DNA of 40,222 nucleotides from a virus: UHGV virus genome UHGV-0123874; one strand, 5' to 3'. Shown piece by piece: positions 1 to 10,005 of this stretch (position 1 is its first letter; each line of letters starts with the position of its first letter). The notes under the pieces were generated by a model. It saw only the letters and a program-made list of their open reading frames with translations, ran no database searches and was not told where the DNA came from. The position numbers and the translations under genes were made by a program.

Positions 1-77
1 CTATCACTTATTTAAGTGATATTGGTTGTCTGGAGATTCAGGGGGCCAGTCTAAACCATAAGGCAGTTGGTTTTATT

Positions 78-563
78 ATGCTGTGCGATAAATATATAAA
101 AAATAAAAACTATCTTGATGCTGTTGAAGCAGCCTCCAGCGCCGTTTCATTAGCTACAGACTCAGGGGCTGCATGGTATTTTTTAGGAGTTTCACAGCTT
201 TTAGCTGGAGATATTAATGGAGCCATTAGCTCTCAACATAAAGCATTAGAGCTATGCCCTGATTTCTCAAAAATTCACCTACAGTTAGGAGTCTGTTTGA
301 GAAGGGATAAGAAATATGAGCATGCTATTAAATCATTAACTCGTGCTACAGAAATTGATCCCAAGCTGTCCTCAGCTTACTTTCAGCGAGGCCTAGCCTA
401 CCGGGATGTTTGTAATTATAACAAAGCAGAGTATGATTTTTCCACGGCATTGAAACTAAGCCCAAAAAATAAGGCGTTCGTTGACGCCCTTAAAAATACA
501 CTTGAAGATGGAATAAGGATTAGAAATGAAAGATTAGACAAACTAAAAAAATCACTTGTTTAG
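78..563 (+). CDS. Tetratricopeptide-repeat (TPR) protein, AT-rich cargo gene convergent with the tailspike
   Basis: 161-aa ORF with repeated TPR-like 34-residue helical units (e.g. AWYFLGVSQLLAGDINGAISSQHKALELCPD, AYFQRGLAYRDVCNYNKAEYDFSTALKLSP). Sits where P22-like phages carry conversion genes. Confidence 0.6.
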   Translation: MLCDKYIKNKNYLDAVEAASSAVSLATDSGAAWYFLGVSQLLAGDINGAISSQHKALELCPDFSKIHLQLGVCLRRDKKYEHAIKSLTRATEIDPKLSSAYFQRGLAYRDVCNYNKAEYDFSTALKLSPKNKAFVDALKNTLEDGIRIRNERLDKLKKSLV

Positions 564-580
564 CATCCTGTCTCCACCCC

Positions 581-630
581 CCCACCACCCACCAAAAATC
601 GCAGTGTAAATATAATTAGTGGGTGGTGGG
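581..630. repeat. Perfect 12-bp inverted repeat (CCCACCACCCAC / GTGGGTGGTGGG) with 26-nt AT-rich loop between convergent TPR gene and tailspike; possible bidirectional terminator
   Basis: Arms at 581..592 and 619..630 are exact reverse complements, preceded by a C-run. No clean U-tract follows on either strand, so terminator function is uncertain. Confidence 0.35.
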
Positions 631-634
631 ATAT

Positions 635-3004
635 TTACGAAAGTTTTGACTCTAACTCACTTAGTCTCTGAGAAAGCCCCCTCATAATAAACCTGTCCAG
701 TTCTTGATCGCGGAATTGCCAAAGATCGCCAGCTTCCCTAACAATCTTAATTTCTCCAGAATCCTCCTTAGAACCGTCAGGTAACTCGCGAATCACCGGC
801 TCAAAAACATCATCCCATTTGTCGTAACCTATGAACCCATATCTCCTCCAGTCAAGTCCTTCGTCGTTAAGGATTTCCAGAACAGTCTGGACAGTCATGC
901 CTGCATGTAGCCGTTTTTCTTCATCATCAATCCATGTCCAGAATCCAATTTTTTCAGCTAGTCGCTTTGCTGCATTCATTTCCGCCTGATTGAATGGTCT
1001 TGTTGGGTCCTTAAGCCTGCCATCTGAACTAGATTGCGTTCCTCCCGCGAAAAATCCAATGTTCATTCGCAATGAAGCTGATCCAATATTATTGGTCGCA
1101 TCTGTCGAAGGATAAATATCACCGGCAAATACTGCTGGACCATTACAGTGAAGGCGAGCGCCATGAAGTCCAGCAAGATCTGCGGCTGTTCCTATCAAAA
1201 CGTGGTTATCTCCTGAAAGGCGCATAACTGAATTACTTCCTGTAGAACTAAACCCAATGAAATCCTGAGCAGTGCCGCTTGAAATAAAACCGCCAAAAAT
1301 AGAATAGTGATTACGCACGGGAGTATAAGTAGCAACTCCAGTTACCCCAGTAACGTCAATGAAACCTCCAGAATCTGCTCTAACTGAAACTCCATCTAAG
1401 TTTGAGCTGGTAATATTTAGAGAACCATGCAGGGAGCATATAACTCCGGAATTATTGCGTAAATCACTGTTAGGCATACGTGTCTGACCGGCAGTATTAT
1501 TTATTGCCATGCCGACGTTGTTTCTTATTACGCACCCATTTGCAAGCACTGTAGAGTTAATATTTTCAATGCCATTTCCTATATTTCCACGCCCAACAGA
1601 ATTAGTCATGTTTAATGATGCGCCACCTGACGCTACATATGCATGACGGTGGTTCCCGTATGAGCGAGATTGAATGGCGAAAGTAAATCCCGTATCCTGA
1701 GCAATAACACCATCAATGAGGTTACCTGAGGAAATTACCCCTTGGCACTGGGTAACTGCAGAAGCGGATCCCCAACCGTTGCGTGCTGAATTACTGGAAG
1801 CAGCACCAATCCCGACAACAATGGTCCCGCTGCGATTCGCATAAACGTTAGATCCGGAAAACCCGCTAACGCCTATATCTGATCCCAAGTTGAGAACACC
1901 GCCATCTCTGGCCACAATACCAGTATTGCCGCCATCCACACCAAAAACGTCATATTTATCAGGTCCACGACTTCCTGATGCTAACGGACGCGCTGCACCA
2001 ACAAACGCAATACCGTTAATCATTCCAAGTGATAATGAATTCTCCACCTGAACTGCAGTTGGTCCCTTCGCTGAGTCAAGAAAATGAATTACTGTCTTCA
2101 GTATTGAACCAGTCAGGGAAATGTCACCAACAGGAGGCGCTGAATTAAGAGATGTGAGCCAAGTTACTTGGTTACCTGTAACAGAAGTAACCTCCCATAC
2201 ACCAAGATGATATTCTGCTGTATCTGCACCAGACGCTCCACGCACGAGAACGTATTCCCCAACTTGAGGAATAGTTCCTGTTACGGTGGCTGTAACTATG
2301 TGGTAGTTTAGATTTTTTACTACACCATCCCAATGTTTAACTGAGAATGTTCCTGCAACCACAGAATTTACTCTGGATGCGGTGAATACCTGTGTGTTAC
2401 CTGTAATATTGATGTTTTCACCATCAATGTGCGACGAAGGTAACGTAGCTGATTCAGTGTACAGTCCGGGAGCGACGGTGATGTTAACTTTCGTATCAGG
2501 AAATCGTTTGTCATGTAGACTTAACAGAGCTTCGGACAGTGAAGAATAATCTGATGGTACATGAATGTTTAAATCGACCTTTAATGGCATCACATCTGCT
2601 ACAGTTCCACCACCCGGTCGTCCAATCATTTCAGATCCACATGGACCTGACAATTCAGCAAGTAGTTGATCCGGGTCATACTTCAGTATATTCGGGAAAT
2701 AGAACTGCTGCGCACCATATGCATCATAAACAGCCATAGAATGGCCTTGCACAGTTACGAACTTGGCAATCTTTCCGTTATATACAGGATAACCAGCAGC
2801 GTTAATGATGATTGGTTGCGAAACAGGAACGTGAGAGCCATCTTCGTTCTCCACATAAACCTGAATCTGGTTTTCAGGATTTACAGGGTCAGTGTCAATT
2901 TTACCGATATAAATTTTGCCATTGGCAACCGCTTTAAAAGAACGCGCCATAGTGAAGAGTTGAGAAGGCATTGATACGATCACATTGGCTGTAATGTCTG
3001 TCAT
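635..3004 (-). CDS. Tailspike protein: P22 gp9-type N-terminal head-binding domain, central beta-helix-like region, C-terminal S74-type intramolecular chaperone
   Basis: N-terminus [43 protein letters not shown]...LKYDPDQ matches the P22 tailspike head-binding domain. C-terminus has SDGRLKD followed by a domain resembling the auto-cleaving chaperone of endosialidase-type fibres. Confidence 0.9.
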   Translation of the reverse strand: MTDITANVIVSMPSQLFTMARSFKAVANGKIYIGKIDTDPVNPENQIQVYVENEDGSHVPVSQPIIINAAGYPVYNGKIAKFVTVQGHSMAVYDAYGAQQFYFPNILKYDPDQLLAELSGPCGSEMIGRPGGGTVADVMPLKVDLNIHVPSDYSSLSEALLSLHDKRFPDTKVNITVAPGLYTESATLPSSHIDGENINITGNTQVFTASRVNSVVAGTFSVKHWDGVVKNLNYHIVTATVTGTIPQVGEYVLVRGASGADTAEYHLGVWEVTSVTGNQVTWLTSLNSAPPVGDISLTGSILKTVIHFLDSAKGPTAVQVENSLSLGMINGIAFVGAARPLASGSRGPDKYDVFGVDGGNTGIVARDGGVLNLGSDIGVSGFSGSNVYANRSGTIVVGIGAASSNSARNGWGSASAVTQCQGVISSGNLIDGVIAQDTGFTFAIQSRSYGNHRHAYVASGGASLNMTNSVGRGNIGNGIENINSTVLANGCVIRNNVGMAINNTAGQTRMPNSDLRNNSGVICSLHGSLNITSSNLDGVSVRADSGGFIDVTGVTGVATYTPVRNHYSIFGGFISSGTAQDFIGFSSTGSNSVMRLSGDNHVLIGTAADLAGLHGARLHCNGPAVFAGDIYPSTDATNNIGSASLRMNIGFFAGGTQSSSDGRLKDPTRPFNQAEMNAAKRLAEKIGFWTWIDDEEKRLHAGMTVQTVLEILNDEGLDWRRYGFIGYDKWDDVFEPVIRELPDGSKEDSGEIKIVREAGDLWQFRDQELDRFIMRGLSQRLSELESKLS

Positions 3005-3061
3005 TTAATTTGCTCCAGATGCAAGGAATCGCCGCAGCGTGGCTACGGTGAATTTTGGGCA

Positions 3062-3088
3062 TAAAAAAACCCAGCCGAAGCTGGGTTG
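3062..3088 (-). terminator. Intrinsic terminator between antirepressor gene and tailspike
   Basis: Minus strand reads CCCAGCTTCGGCTGGG followed by TTTTTTT. Confidence 0.6.
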
Positions 3089-3104
3089 TCGTGTTGGTTA
3101 TCTG

Positions 3105-4061
3105 TCAGTAGTTATGTACTGAAGGAGGTAATTCTTTATTCTTAAGTCTCATCCATGCGGAAAGATTCGTTGGTCCGTCTGGCTCATTGATATCAACATC
3201 TCGTGTGTGATTGATTAAAACGTCTCTCGCCATTCCGATAACATACGAGAACTCATGACCGTAGTCGTAGCATCTGCAGGAATAGTTCGATTGAATTTGT
3301 TTTAGCGCCGGATACAGTTCGCGGAATAATGCCTGTGAGCGGTTGGCATAATCCCATAGCCATACAAGGCTGTTTGCTTCTTTTGCAGAAAGCTCGTTGG
3401 TTTTCTTCTCTTGTTTGCCGATGAACTCACCTTCAAGCACTACCCTGTGGATGTACTCTACGGCCAGCGGGATTTGTTCAATTGAAAGTTCATCAATGCT
3501 GTCAATACCAAAACGCTGATGAACCATATTGTATGCATCGTCATAGCGAAGTCCTTTCTTTCCTACCAGCATGTTTACTGCATCGCGTAGCGGCGTGCGT
3601 TCAGCTACTGAAGTTTTACCGCCAATAGCCTTCCTCTCTTGTGTGGCAGTAACCATTGCGTCATATGCGCGGATAACCTTCAGCGCAAATGCTGCGCTAA
3701 TCCACATGGCGTAGGAGTAAACAAGCTCCTTGCACACGTATGTTCCACCATATCTACCTTTCTTAGAAATGACGGGATTCTTATTCTGCATATCCGCAGA
3801 ATTAAAAATTTCATTAATCAATTCAATAGTTTCATTTCTACGCATGAAGAAAGCTGGCTGATGTTTTTCCTCCTTTCCAGACGCTACATGAAGGTCATTA
3901 AGCGAGTAACGACCCTCTGAATCCATATGAATCTTGACGTCAGAAATGATGATGCTATTAGTGCAATTTACAGCTGACTTTGCTAAGCTTGACATATCAA
4001 TAATACCTCGTAAGTTTTGTTGATACCGAAGCCCTGACTGTTCCCGCAGTTGGGGCTTCAA
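3105..4061 (-). CDS. KilA-N domain protein, probable antirepressor (Ant-like)
   Basis: N-terminal region [45 protein letters not shown] fits the KilA-N pattern. Position equals ant in the P22 immI region. Start either ATG 4061 (ATGA overlap with upstream ORF) or ATG 3995 (preceded by GAGG). Confidence 0.55.
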   Translation of the reverse strand: MKPQLREQSGLRYQQNLRGIIDMSSLAKSAVNCTNSIIISDVKIHMDSEGRYSLNDLHVASGKEEKHQPAFFMRRNETIELINEIFNSADMQNKNPVISKKGRYGGTYVCKELVYSYAMWISAAFALKVIRAYDAMVTATQERKAIGGKTSVAERTPLRDAVNMLVGKKGLRYDDAYNMVHQRFGIDSIDELSIEQIPLAVEYIHRVVLEGEFIGKQEKKTNELSAKEANSLVWLWDYANRSQALFRELYPALKQIQSNYSCRCYDYGHEFSYVIGMARDVLINHTRDVDINEPDGPTNLSAWMRLKNKELPPSVHNY

Positions 4062-4261
4062 CTTTCTGCTCTATCAGTTATATCTTTCCCTTCGTATACT
4101 TCACCTATATTGCTAATGCTGGCAGAACATCCAAGATGCTTGTATCTTATGATGTCCAACACGCAGTCACTACACAGCATCCGACCTGTTTCTTTAGAGT
4201 AAATGTATGTTTGATCAGTGTCTGATTCGCTAATGCCGCAGAAACAACATTCTTTACTCAT
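4058..4261 (-). CDS. Small Cys-rich protein (67 aa, putative zinc ribbon) inserted between arc-like gene and antirepressor
   Basis: [12 protein letters not shown]...MLCSDCVLD...HLGC has CxxC-type spacing. ATGA overlaps on both sides suggest translational coupling. Confidence 0.5.
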   Translation of the reverse strand: MSKECCFCGISESDTDQTYIYSKETGRMLCSDCVLDIIRYKHLGCSASISNIGEVYEGKDITDRAES

Positions 4262-4398
4262 ACCATCACCCCCTCTCTCTTCAAGCTGTCCAGCACCCGT
4301 TTAATTACTTCTGCGCTAAACGATCGACACTCTTCCTTTGCTTTCTCTTCAAGGATTTTTTCTAACTTCTCTGGCATACGCAGTGTTTTTACCTTCAT
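4258..4398 (-). CDS. arc: Arc-like ribbon-helix-helix repressor (46 aa)
   Basis: Not in ORF track (below size cut-off). Manual translation [46 protein letters not shown] resembles P22 Arc. GGAGG sits 5 nt upstream of ATG; stop overlaps next start. Confidence 0.7.
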   Translation of the reverse strand: MKVKTLRMPEKLEKILEEKAKEECRSFSAEVIKRVLDSLKREGVMV

Positions 4399-4503
4399 TG
4401 CATCCTCCGCTGTATGTGGTACGCATACATAGTATTTAGGTACGCATTGATAGTCAATAGATACCTACATATCCTGTGGTAAAAAATTATTCAGGATGCG
4501 CCG
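4399..4503. promoter_or_regulatory. Divergent immI control region: candidate Pant (minus) and Pmnt (plus) with tandem operator-like repeats
   Basis: Minus strand has TTGACT (4452..4457), a 17-nt spacer, then TACTAT (4429..4434). Two 15-mers, GGTACGCATACATAG (4418..4432) and GGTACGCATTGATAG (4439..4453), lie 21 bp apart over these elements. Plus strand has TTGATA-N17-TATCCT ahead of mnt. Confidence 0.5.
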
Positions 4504-4755
4504 ATGTCTGATCGTAAGTACAAAAACCCTCAAGTGAATCTGAGGCTTCCTGTAGAGATAAAGGAACGTCTTATTGAACTGGCTGAGGCTAATTCTCGTT
4601 CATTAAATGCTGAGATGGTAGCAGCACTTGAGGCATGGACTGAAAAAAATAAACATATTCAAGCACTAGATCTTGCAACTATAGCATCGCGGTTGATAGA
4701 GCTTGAGCATGAGGTTGAGAAGTTAAAATGTATGCATGGCAACAGTGAAAAATGA
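4504..4755 (+). CDS. mnt: Mnt-like ribbon-helix-helix repressor
   Basis: N-terminus NLRLPVEIKERLIELAEANSRSLNAEMVAAL resembles the P22 Mnt DNA-binding domain, followed by a helical C-terminal region. Divergent from the arc-ant operon. Confidence 0.75.
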   Translation: MSDRKYKNPQVNLRLPVEIKERLIELAEANSRSLNAEMVAALEAWTEKNKHIQALDLATIASRLIELEHEVEKLKCMHGNSEK

Positions 4756-5066
4756 AACGTATCGCTATTTTGTTAATATTGTTCTTCTCTACAATAGTTT
4801 TCGCCAAACCAAAATCAGATAATGGCGATCTTAAAGGCCTGCAAGAACTCATGATAACTTCGAAATTTGCTGGCATGTGCGGCACAATCAAACAAATGGC
4901 AACATTTCAAGAATCAACAAAAATGCCTGGCGGAGATGAGTTCTTACAGCGTTTTCTGACCACAGAGCAAGCAAGACTAGGAATGAATCCACAGGAATTT
5001 CTTGAAGCATGCCAGAAGTCAATTTCAGCTTATACCAATTATTACAATCTAACTTCTGATAAATAA
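4752..5066 (+). CDS. Small exported protein with cleavable signal peptide (104 aa)
   Basis: MKRIAILLILFFSTIVFA looks like a signal peptide followed by a soluble domain. Start overlaps mnt stop (ATGA), suggesting co-transcription. Confidence 0.55.
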   Translation: MKRIAILLILFFSTIVFAKPKSDNGDLKGLQELMITSKFAGMCGTIKQMATFQESTKMPGGDEFLQRFLTTEQARLGMNPQEFLEACQKSISAYTNYYNLTSDK

Positions 5067-5091
5067 TAGAAAGGATTTTATAAATAACTTT

Positions 5092-5577
5092 ATGAAAAAA
5101 TCACTATTAATTATCCCGCTTCTGCTGGCTGGATGCGCAAAAGTAAGTGACTACCAAGCAAGTTGCGAACAACGCTATCCAAAGCTTAGTGATATGGCTA
5201 ATTGCCTTGATGCCAGCGTGAAGAACGACTCACGCATGGCATCAGCACCAACACCTAAGCTGTATGTCCTTGCTGCGAAGATGCTCGGGCAAGGTGTCGA
5301 TCAAGGCAAGATAAGTGACGCACAGGCAAGACTTGAGCTACAGAATCTTTATGTTCAATTACAAAGCCAAGAACAAGCCCAACAAATAGCACAAAGCCAA
5401 GCATTCCAGCAGGCTTTATTGAATTATCAGGCTGTAAACACAATGCAAGCGATCGAGCAAAAAGCGCGCCAGCCTGTTATAACTCAACATTACCCAACAC
5501 GCGTTGACACATATACAAACTGCAATTCAGGATTTGGAAACACGGTAACATGCAACAGTAGCAGTAATATCAGGTAG
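5092..5577 (+). CDS. Lipoprotein (161 aa), Gln-rich, in the sieA-equivalent position
   Basis: MKKSLLIIPLLLAGC carries a lipobox (LLAGC). Mature protein is Q/A-rich with a Cys-containing C-terminus. Convergent with the gp16-like gene. Confidence 0.65.
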   Translation: MKKSLLIIPLLLAGCAKVSDYQASCEQRYPKLSDMANCLDASVKNDSRMASAPTPKLYVLAAKMLGQGVDQGKISDAQARLELQNLYVQLQSQEQAQQIAQSQAFQQALLNYQAVNTMQAIEQKARQPVITQHYPTRVDTYTNCNSGFGNTVTCNSSSNIR

Positions 5578-5591
5578 TTATATCTTATCTT

Positions 5592-7439
5592 TTATTGCTG
5601 TTCTGCTGTAATTTGGCTTGAAAGTATAGGGCGTATCGCATTTGCAGCATTATTTAGCGCTCTTTCATAAGCTGGCGTTCCAGTTTTAGTGTTTGCCAGG
5701 CGTAAGAGAGCATTCCTTGCTGCTTTGGACTCATACAAGCGCATCATTGCACCAAAACCAGCCTCAAGCCCCATTGATACGCCAAGGGTCGCAGTTGCGC
5801 CAATCGTCCTTATCCTGTTGGCTTGCGATTGCCCCGTCTGAGTTACTACATTTGCGGTGTCTGACCTTGCTGTTTGCTGTAGAACTTCATGAAGAGCATC
5901 AAGCTCTTTCATGTGCTTTCCAGAAAAAATAGTGTTGTAAATTTCACCGCCTGACTGAGATTTCAGCTTATTAACTTCAGTGATGAACTTGGCTGGAGAG
6001 TTCCCGGCCTTTTCCGCTATTTTGCTGACGTAAGCTGCACGCATAGCATCTTTCCCCTTATCATCCAGTGCGCTCCAGATTCGTTTCACGTCAGATGGTT
6101 TTCTGCTTAATACAACGGTATTTATAAGTTCAGGACTGGCTTCACTGCTTGCCTTGTTGAGCTTGTTAGCAATGTTTTTATTAAGCACCTTATTATAAAC
6201 GTTTGCATAATCGGAATTTGCTTTAAGGTATTTTGCTGCGTCTGATGCACCGAGGTTTTTAGCAACTGCGTTACGAAGGTCTTTTGACATTGCATTCTCT
6301 ACCATATTGGTAGCTGCTTTTGCCTGGTTGGGGAAGACCATAGCATCTCCCTGAACATTAGATCTAAATGCTGTTCTGTGCTGACGCAAGAGATCAAACG
6401 TAACATCCAAATCAGTTGCAGGGTTTGCTAATTCTTCACGTAGGTTACGCAAGGATGTAAGCAGGCTTTGATTGGTAGACGTCCCAAGCCGTTCCTGTCT
6501 TGCGATCGCTGTATTCAGAGCATTCATGGTATTTGTGGTATCAACTGCGGCATTACCCATTTTATTGGTGACGTCATTGATAACAGCGCCAGCGGCATCC
6601 TTCCGCCCCCTTAAAGTGGTGGTCAGAGATTTCACCACATCATCAGGGTTGTACTCACCAAAACGGTCAAAATAATTACTTACCAGCTTACTACGCGTTG
6701 CATATTGCTCCGCTCGCTTTGAGCCTGTCCCGAGCAAAGCCCCCTCGGCATCCTGAGTAAGGCCGCGAGTGAAAGCATTTTTCGGCGGGATAACATCAGA
6801 TGTCATTGGTGTCACGCCCATCGATTCTGATGTGGCAATTTTCTTCACCACTTCTGGTGCAATATCACCTTTTATAGCCGTTATTCCACGCCCTATTCCC
6901 TTTGCTGCTGCGGAAAGCCCCCCCTGAGCGGCAAGGTTAACTCCGGCATTTTTGGCTGCATTTTGTGCGAAATCGCCTTTCTGATTTGCGGCCTCTGCCA
7001 GTGATCCAATAGCCATGCTTCCTGCCGTTCCAACTCCTGGAACTAAATACCCGCCAATTGTTTCTCCAGCTTGCGCATAAGGGTCTGTCGGTCGATCGAC
7101 TGGACGATAGACATCATCCAATACTTTTGGCCCACCAAGCCCCTGACTGATTGCATTAATCAGACTTGCGCCACCCTGCAATACGTCAAATGGTATGTTT
7201 ACCAGACCACGACCAGCCTGTTCTGCAATTTGCCCTGCACTTTGACCACCAGTGAGCCAATCGCCAGCTTGTTGCATCAATGATGGTTCTTCCCGTGTTG
7301 GTGCATTATTGGCCTGATTAACTGTTTGTTGCTGAACAGCCTGACCAGCAAAATACTCATCAATGGCGGTGCCAATATCTTCGGTGCTCGTACCATCAGG
7401 AAAGGTAAATGTCTTACCGTTTGCAGTTACTTTCATCAT
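5592..7439 (-). CDS. Ejection (internal virion) protein, P22 gp16-like
   Basis: 615 aa, size and position match P22 gp16; last of the gp7-gp20-gp16 trio. Confidence 0.8.
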   Translation of the reverse strand: MMKVTANGKTFTFPDGTSTEDIGTAIDEYFAGQAVQQQTVNQANNAPTREEPSLMQQAGDWLTGGQSAGQIAEQAGRGLVNIPFDVLQGGASLINAISQGLGGPKVLDDVYRPVDRPTDPYAQAGETIGGYLVPGVGTAGSMAIGSLAEAANQKGDFAQNAAKNAGVNLAAQGGLSAAAKGIGRGITAIKGDIAPEVVKKIATSESMGVTPMTSDVIPPKNAFTRGLTQDAEGALLGTGSKRAEQYATRSKLVSNYFDRFGEYNPDDVVKSLTTTLRGRKDAAGAVINDVTNKMGNAAVDTTNTMNALNTAIARQERLGTSTNQSLLTSLRNLREELANPATDLDVTFDLLRQHRTAFRSNVQGDAMVFPNQAKAATNMVENAMSKDLRNAVAKNLGASDAAKYLKANSDYANVYNKVLNKNIANKLNKASSEASPELINTVVLSRKPSDVKRIWSALDDKGKDAMRAAYVSKIAEKAGNSPAKFITEVNKLKSQSGGEIYNTIFSGKHMKELDALHEVLQQTARSDTANVVTQTGQSQANRIRTIGATATLGVSMGLEAGFGAMMRLYESKAARNALLRLANTKTGTPAYERALNNAANAIRPILSSQITAEQQ

Positions 7440-8848
7440 TCCACCGTAAATTGAATGCCTGATTTTGAGGTATATGATCCAACCTGATTCCGTGGTTCAC
7501 CTGAAGGTGTCGAATCTTGTGCTGGCGCTGCGTCAGTATTCATTGACATATACCGCTTAACGGCACTCCCCAATGATTCACCTTTTTTAACATCCAACCC
7601 CAATATCTGACCGCCATTACGCGATTGTCCAGGGTTGCCATTCGCGCTCATCCACTCGGCTTTAAACTCATTAAACTGCGCGTTTCGTCGCTCAAGGTTT
7701 GCCATAGCATCAAGCCATCTTGCGACCGTCTCAGGGTTATCCATGTCAGTTGGTGCACCCTGTCGAACGATCTCAACGTCTTTATCCGTTGCTGGGCCGG
7801 GAGGTAGGAATTTAAGAACCTGACTGTTAACAAGGGCATTTTGGCGAATGCGCAAATCACGCAATGTCGTATCGCTTCCGGTAAGTTTTGCGAACATGTT
7901 CTGTGCGTTACCGAACAAACCTGTCGTTGGTTTTTCTGCTCTGAACTGTTGAGCAAGCGCACTCATAGAATTGGCTGAGTTTGATGATGCTGTGGCATTG
8001 TTTACAGCCGTCTCGATGCCTTTTTCCATGTTTACTGACAGCTTAGGTGCTTCGCTAATCAACTGCTGAGCCTTTTCCTGCGCTTGCTGCATCTTAAACC
8101 CGAACTCTTGCTGATCCAGAGCCAAGCGTTGTGCTGCGATATTGTGCCCAGTCATTGCTGACTGATAGGAAAGGTTTTGCCCTCTAGCCTGAAGTGCCTC
8201 GCCAGCCTGATTGCTGCGGATTGTCTCTGCCAGCCTGCCTCGGTCAATTTCACGACCAGCCATCTTGTCCTGAACATTGAAGTAATCAATCGGACCAAGC
8301 GCAGCCATCCCAAGGTGATCAACAAACTCACCAAATCCTGAAGGATTCTGCTGATACATCTGAGCAACGTTATTAGGGTCAACACCGACGCGAGTCAGTT
8401 CCTTGGCGTTGTTTTGCAGCCATGATTGCATTGCTTCTGGAGACGATGCCGCAAGACGAGCGCCAGCCGCTAAGGTGCCGATAGAATTGCGCTGGTCTTC
8501 ATCAATGAATCCCATGCCTTTACGAACGGATTCAATCTGGTCTGGATATTGAGTAGCCAACTGACGCAAAGCACCGCGATCACCAGACGCATAAGCATTA
8601 GCGTATGCCTGCTGAAATTCTTTCTGCCGCTGAGCCTGCTTTTCCTGCTGAAACACCCCAGCAATACCTGAAAGGCCTTGCAAAGCAGTCAGCCCAACAT
8701 TGTTAGCGCCTGAACGCTCAATATCATTGTTCTGCCTGATAAGCTGAAGCGTATTGCCGATGTCATTTACGCTCGGAGCGTTTGAGTTTACGCCGCCGAT
8801 ACCAGCCAACAATCCGCCATTTGATCCTTGCCAAGTAGCCATGATCAC
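7436..8848 (-). CDS. Ejection protein, P22 gp20-like
   Basis: 470 aa, between gp7-like and gp16-like genes with overlapping stop/start codons. Confidence 0.8.
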   Translation of the reverse strand: MIMATWQGSNGGLLAGIGGVNSNAPSVNDIGNTLQLIRQNNDIERSGANNVGLTALQGLSGIAGVFQQEKQAQRQKEFQQAYANAYASGDRGALRQLATQYPDQIESVRKGMGFIDEDQRNSIGTLAAGARLAASSPEAMQSWLQNNAKELTRVGVDPNNVAQMYQQNPSGFGEFVDHLGMAALGPIDYFNVQDKMAGREIDRGRLAETIRSNQAGEALQARGQNLSYQSAMTGHNIAAQRLALDQQEFGFKMQQAQEKAQQLISEAPKLSVNMEKGIETAVNNATASSNSANSMSALAQQFRAEKPTTGLFGNAQNMFAKLTGSDTTLRDLRIRQNALVNSQVLKFLPPGPATDKDVEIVRQGAPTDMDNPETVARWLDAMANLERRNAQFNEFKAEWMSANGNPGQSRNGGQILGLDVKKGESLGSAVKRYMSMNTDAAPAQDSTPSGEPRNQVGSYTSKSGIQFTVE

Positions 8849-8851
8849 CCC

Positions 8852-9544
8852 TTAAAACAACGAGCCAAGCAATCCGATACCAGCACCAATGCCAGCGCCC
8901 CAAGGTGTTGATGTTCCCAAAAGGCTGGCAAGACCTGCACCGGCAATCGCACCAGACGTTCCGCCACTAATTGCTGTCTGAAGACTTGATGGTTTGTTTG
9001 CATTAGCAGCGGCAAGAGCTGCGCTTTGCTGTGCAATGCTGCTCATGTTGTTGGCGTATGTCTGCCCTGCGTTCGCCTGACCTTGCAGCGCACCAAGGCC
9101 AATGTTTGCCAGATTGTTGTAGTTGCTCATCTGGTTTGACAACCACGACTGACCGAGAGTCGGGGCAATCGTGGCCAGTTGATTGCTTGTGGCTGTCGAG
9201 CCAAGTCCACCCGTCGCCTCCGCAGCAGCAAGACTCTGGTAACGCGCCTGACCTGCAAGGTCTTTATACTGCTGAGAGTTGTAATACTGATTAAGTGCCT
9301 GCCCCTGACCTTCTAAACTGGAAAGATTCTGCAACTGGTTAACATACTGCTCCGCAAGAGGCGTGAACGGAGCAAGGTTTTTCATGATCGTCTGCCACTG
9401 CTGATTTTGCAGGTCTGCGGCATACTTCTGAGCTTCTGCTGCATACTTTGCGCTTTTATCAGAGCTGCCACCTTTCCCGCCTTTTTCAGGGCAATAAGGT
9501 TCCTCGCCGCGCAGTTTTCTGCCCAGCTTAAATGCATATAACAT
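8852..9544 (-). CDS. Ejection protein, P22 gp7-like
   Basis: 230 aa. MLYAFKLGRKLRGEEPYCPEKGGKGGSS... and C-terminal GAGIGAGIGLLGSLF closely resemble P22 gp7. Confidence 0.85.
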   Translation of the reverse strand: MLYAFKLGRKLRGEEPYCPEKGGKGGSSDKSAKYAAEAQKYAADLQNQQWQTIMKNLAPFTPLAEQYVNQLQNLSSLEGQGQALNQYYNSQQYKDLAGQARYQSLAAAEATGGLGSTATSNQLATIAPTLGQSWLSNQMSNYNNLANIGLGALQGQANAGQTYANNMSSIAQQSAALAAANANKPSSLQTAISGGTSGAIAGAGLASLLGTSTPWGAGIGAGIGLLGSLF

Positions 9545-9546
9545 GG

Positions 9547-10005
9547 CTATCTCCCGTGATTCAGGAAGTCGATTAGTTCTTCGCGTGTTGCGCTGTAAAA
9601 AGTCACGTCATCCACGCCTTTGAAGTATTTCTTGATGGTTCCTACACGCTTAAGGCCAATCATTGCGCAGTACATCTGCCCGTGGCGGAATTTGCGTGCA
9701 GCGAACGATGTGACGCACTGAACGGTGGTGTTAGTCAGAATGTATCGCCAGAACGCCAGACCGATTTCCTTGCTGAATCCACGAACCTCTGGCAGGTACA
9801 TGGCGTGGCAATCGAATGTCAGCGGCTGAATCTCCTGATAGTAAACAATGCCGCCGAACTGCCCGTGCATGTTCACCTCAAAGTAACGGCATTCAGGTTT
9901 GTAGTCGTATCCATCACCGTTGTTGCTCCCGGCAATAATGTCAGGGTGATTTCCGACTGCTTCTATCAGGTCGATGTTTCGCGTTGGTTTGAAATGAATC
10001 ATCAC
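9547..10005 (-). CDS. gp14-position virion assembly protein (function assigned by synteny)
   Basis: 152-aa ORF between needle (gp26-like) and gp7-like genes, as gene 14 is in P22. No recognisable motif. Confidence 0.45.
   Translation of the reverse strand: MMIHFKPTRNIDLIEAVGNHPDIIAGSNNGDGYDYKPECRYFEVNMHGQFGGIVYYQEIQPLTFDCHAMYLPEVRGFSKEIGLAFWRYILTNTTVQCVTSFAARKFRHGQMYCAMIGLKRVGTIKKYFKGVDDVTFYSATREELIDFLNHGR

Noticed and set aside
3995..4061. Assigning the antirepressor start unambiguously
   Set aside because: Both the ATG at 4061 (ATGA-coupled to the upstream ORF) and the ATG at 3995 (GAGG upstream) are plausible; the longer ORF is reported with the alternative noted.
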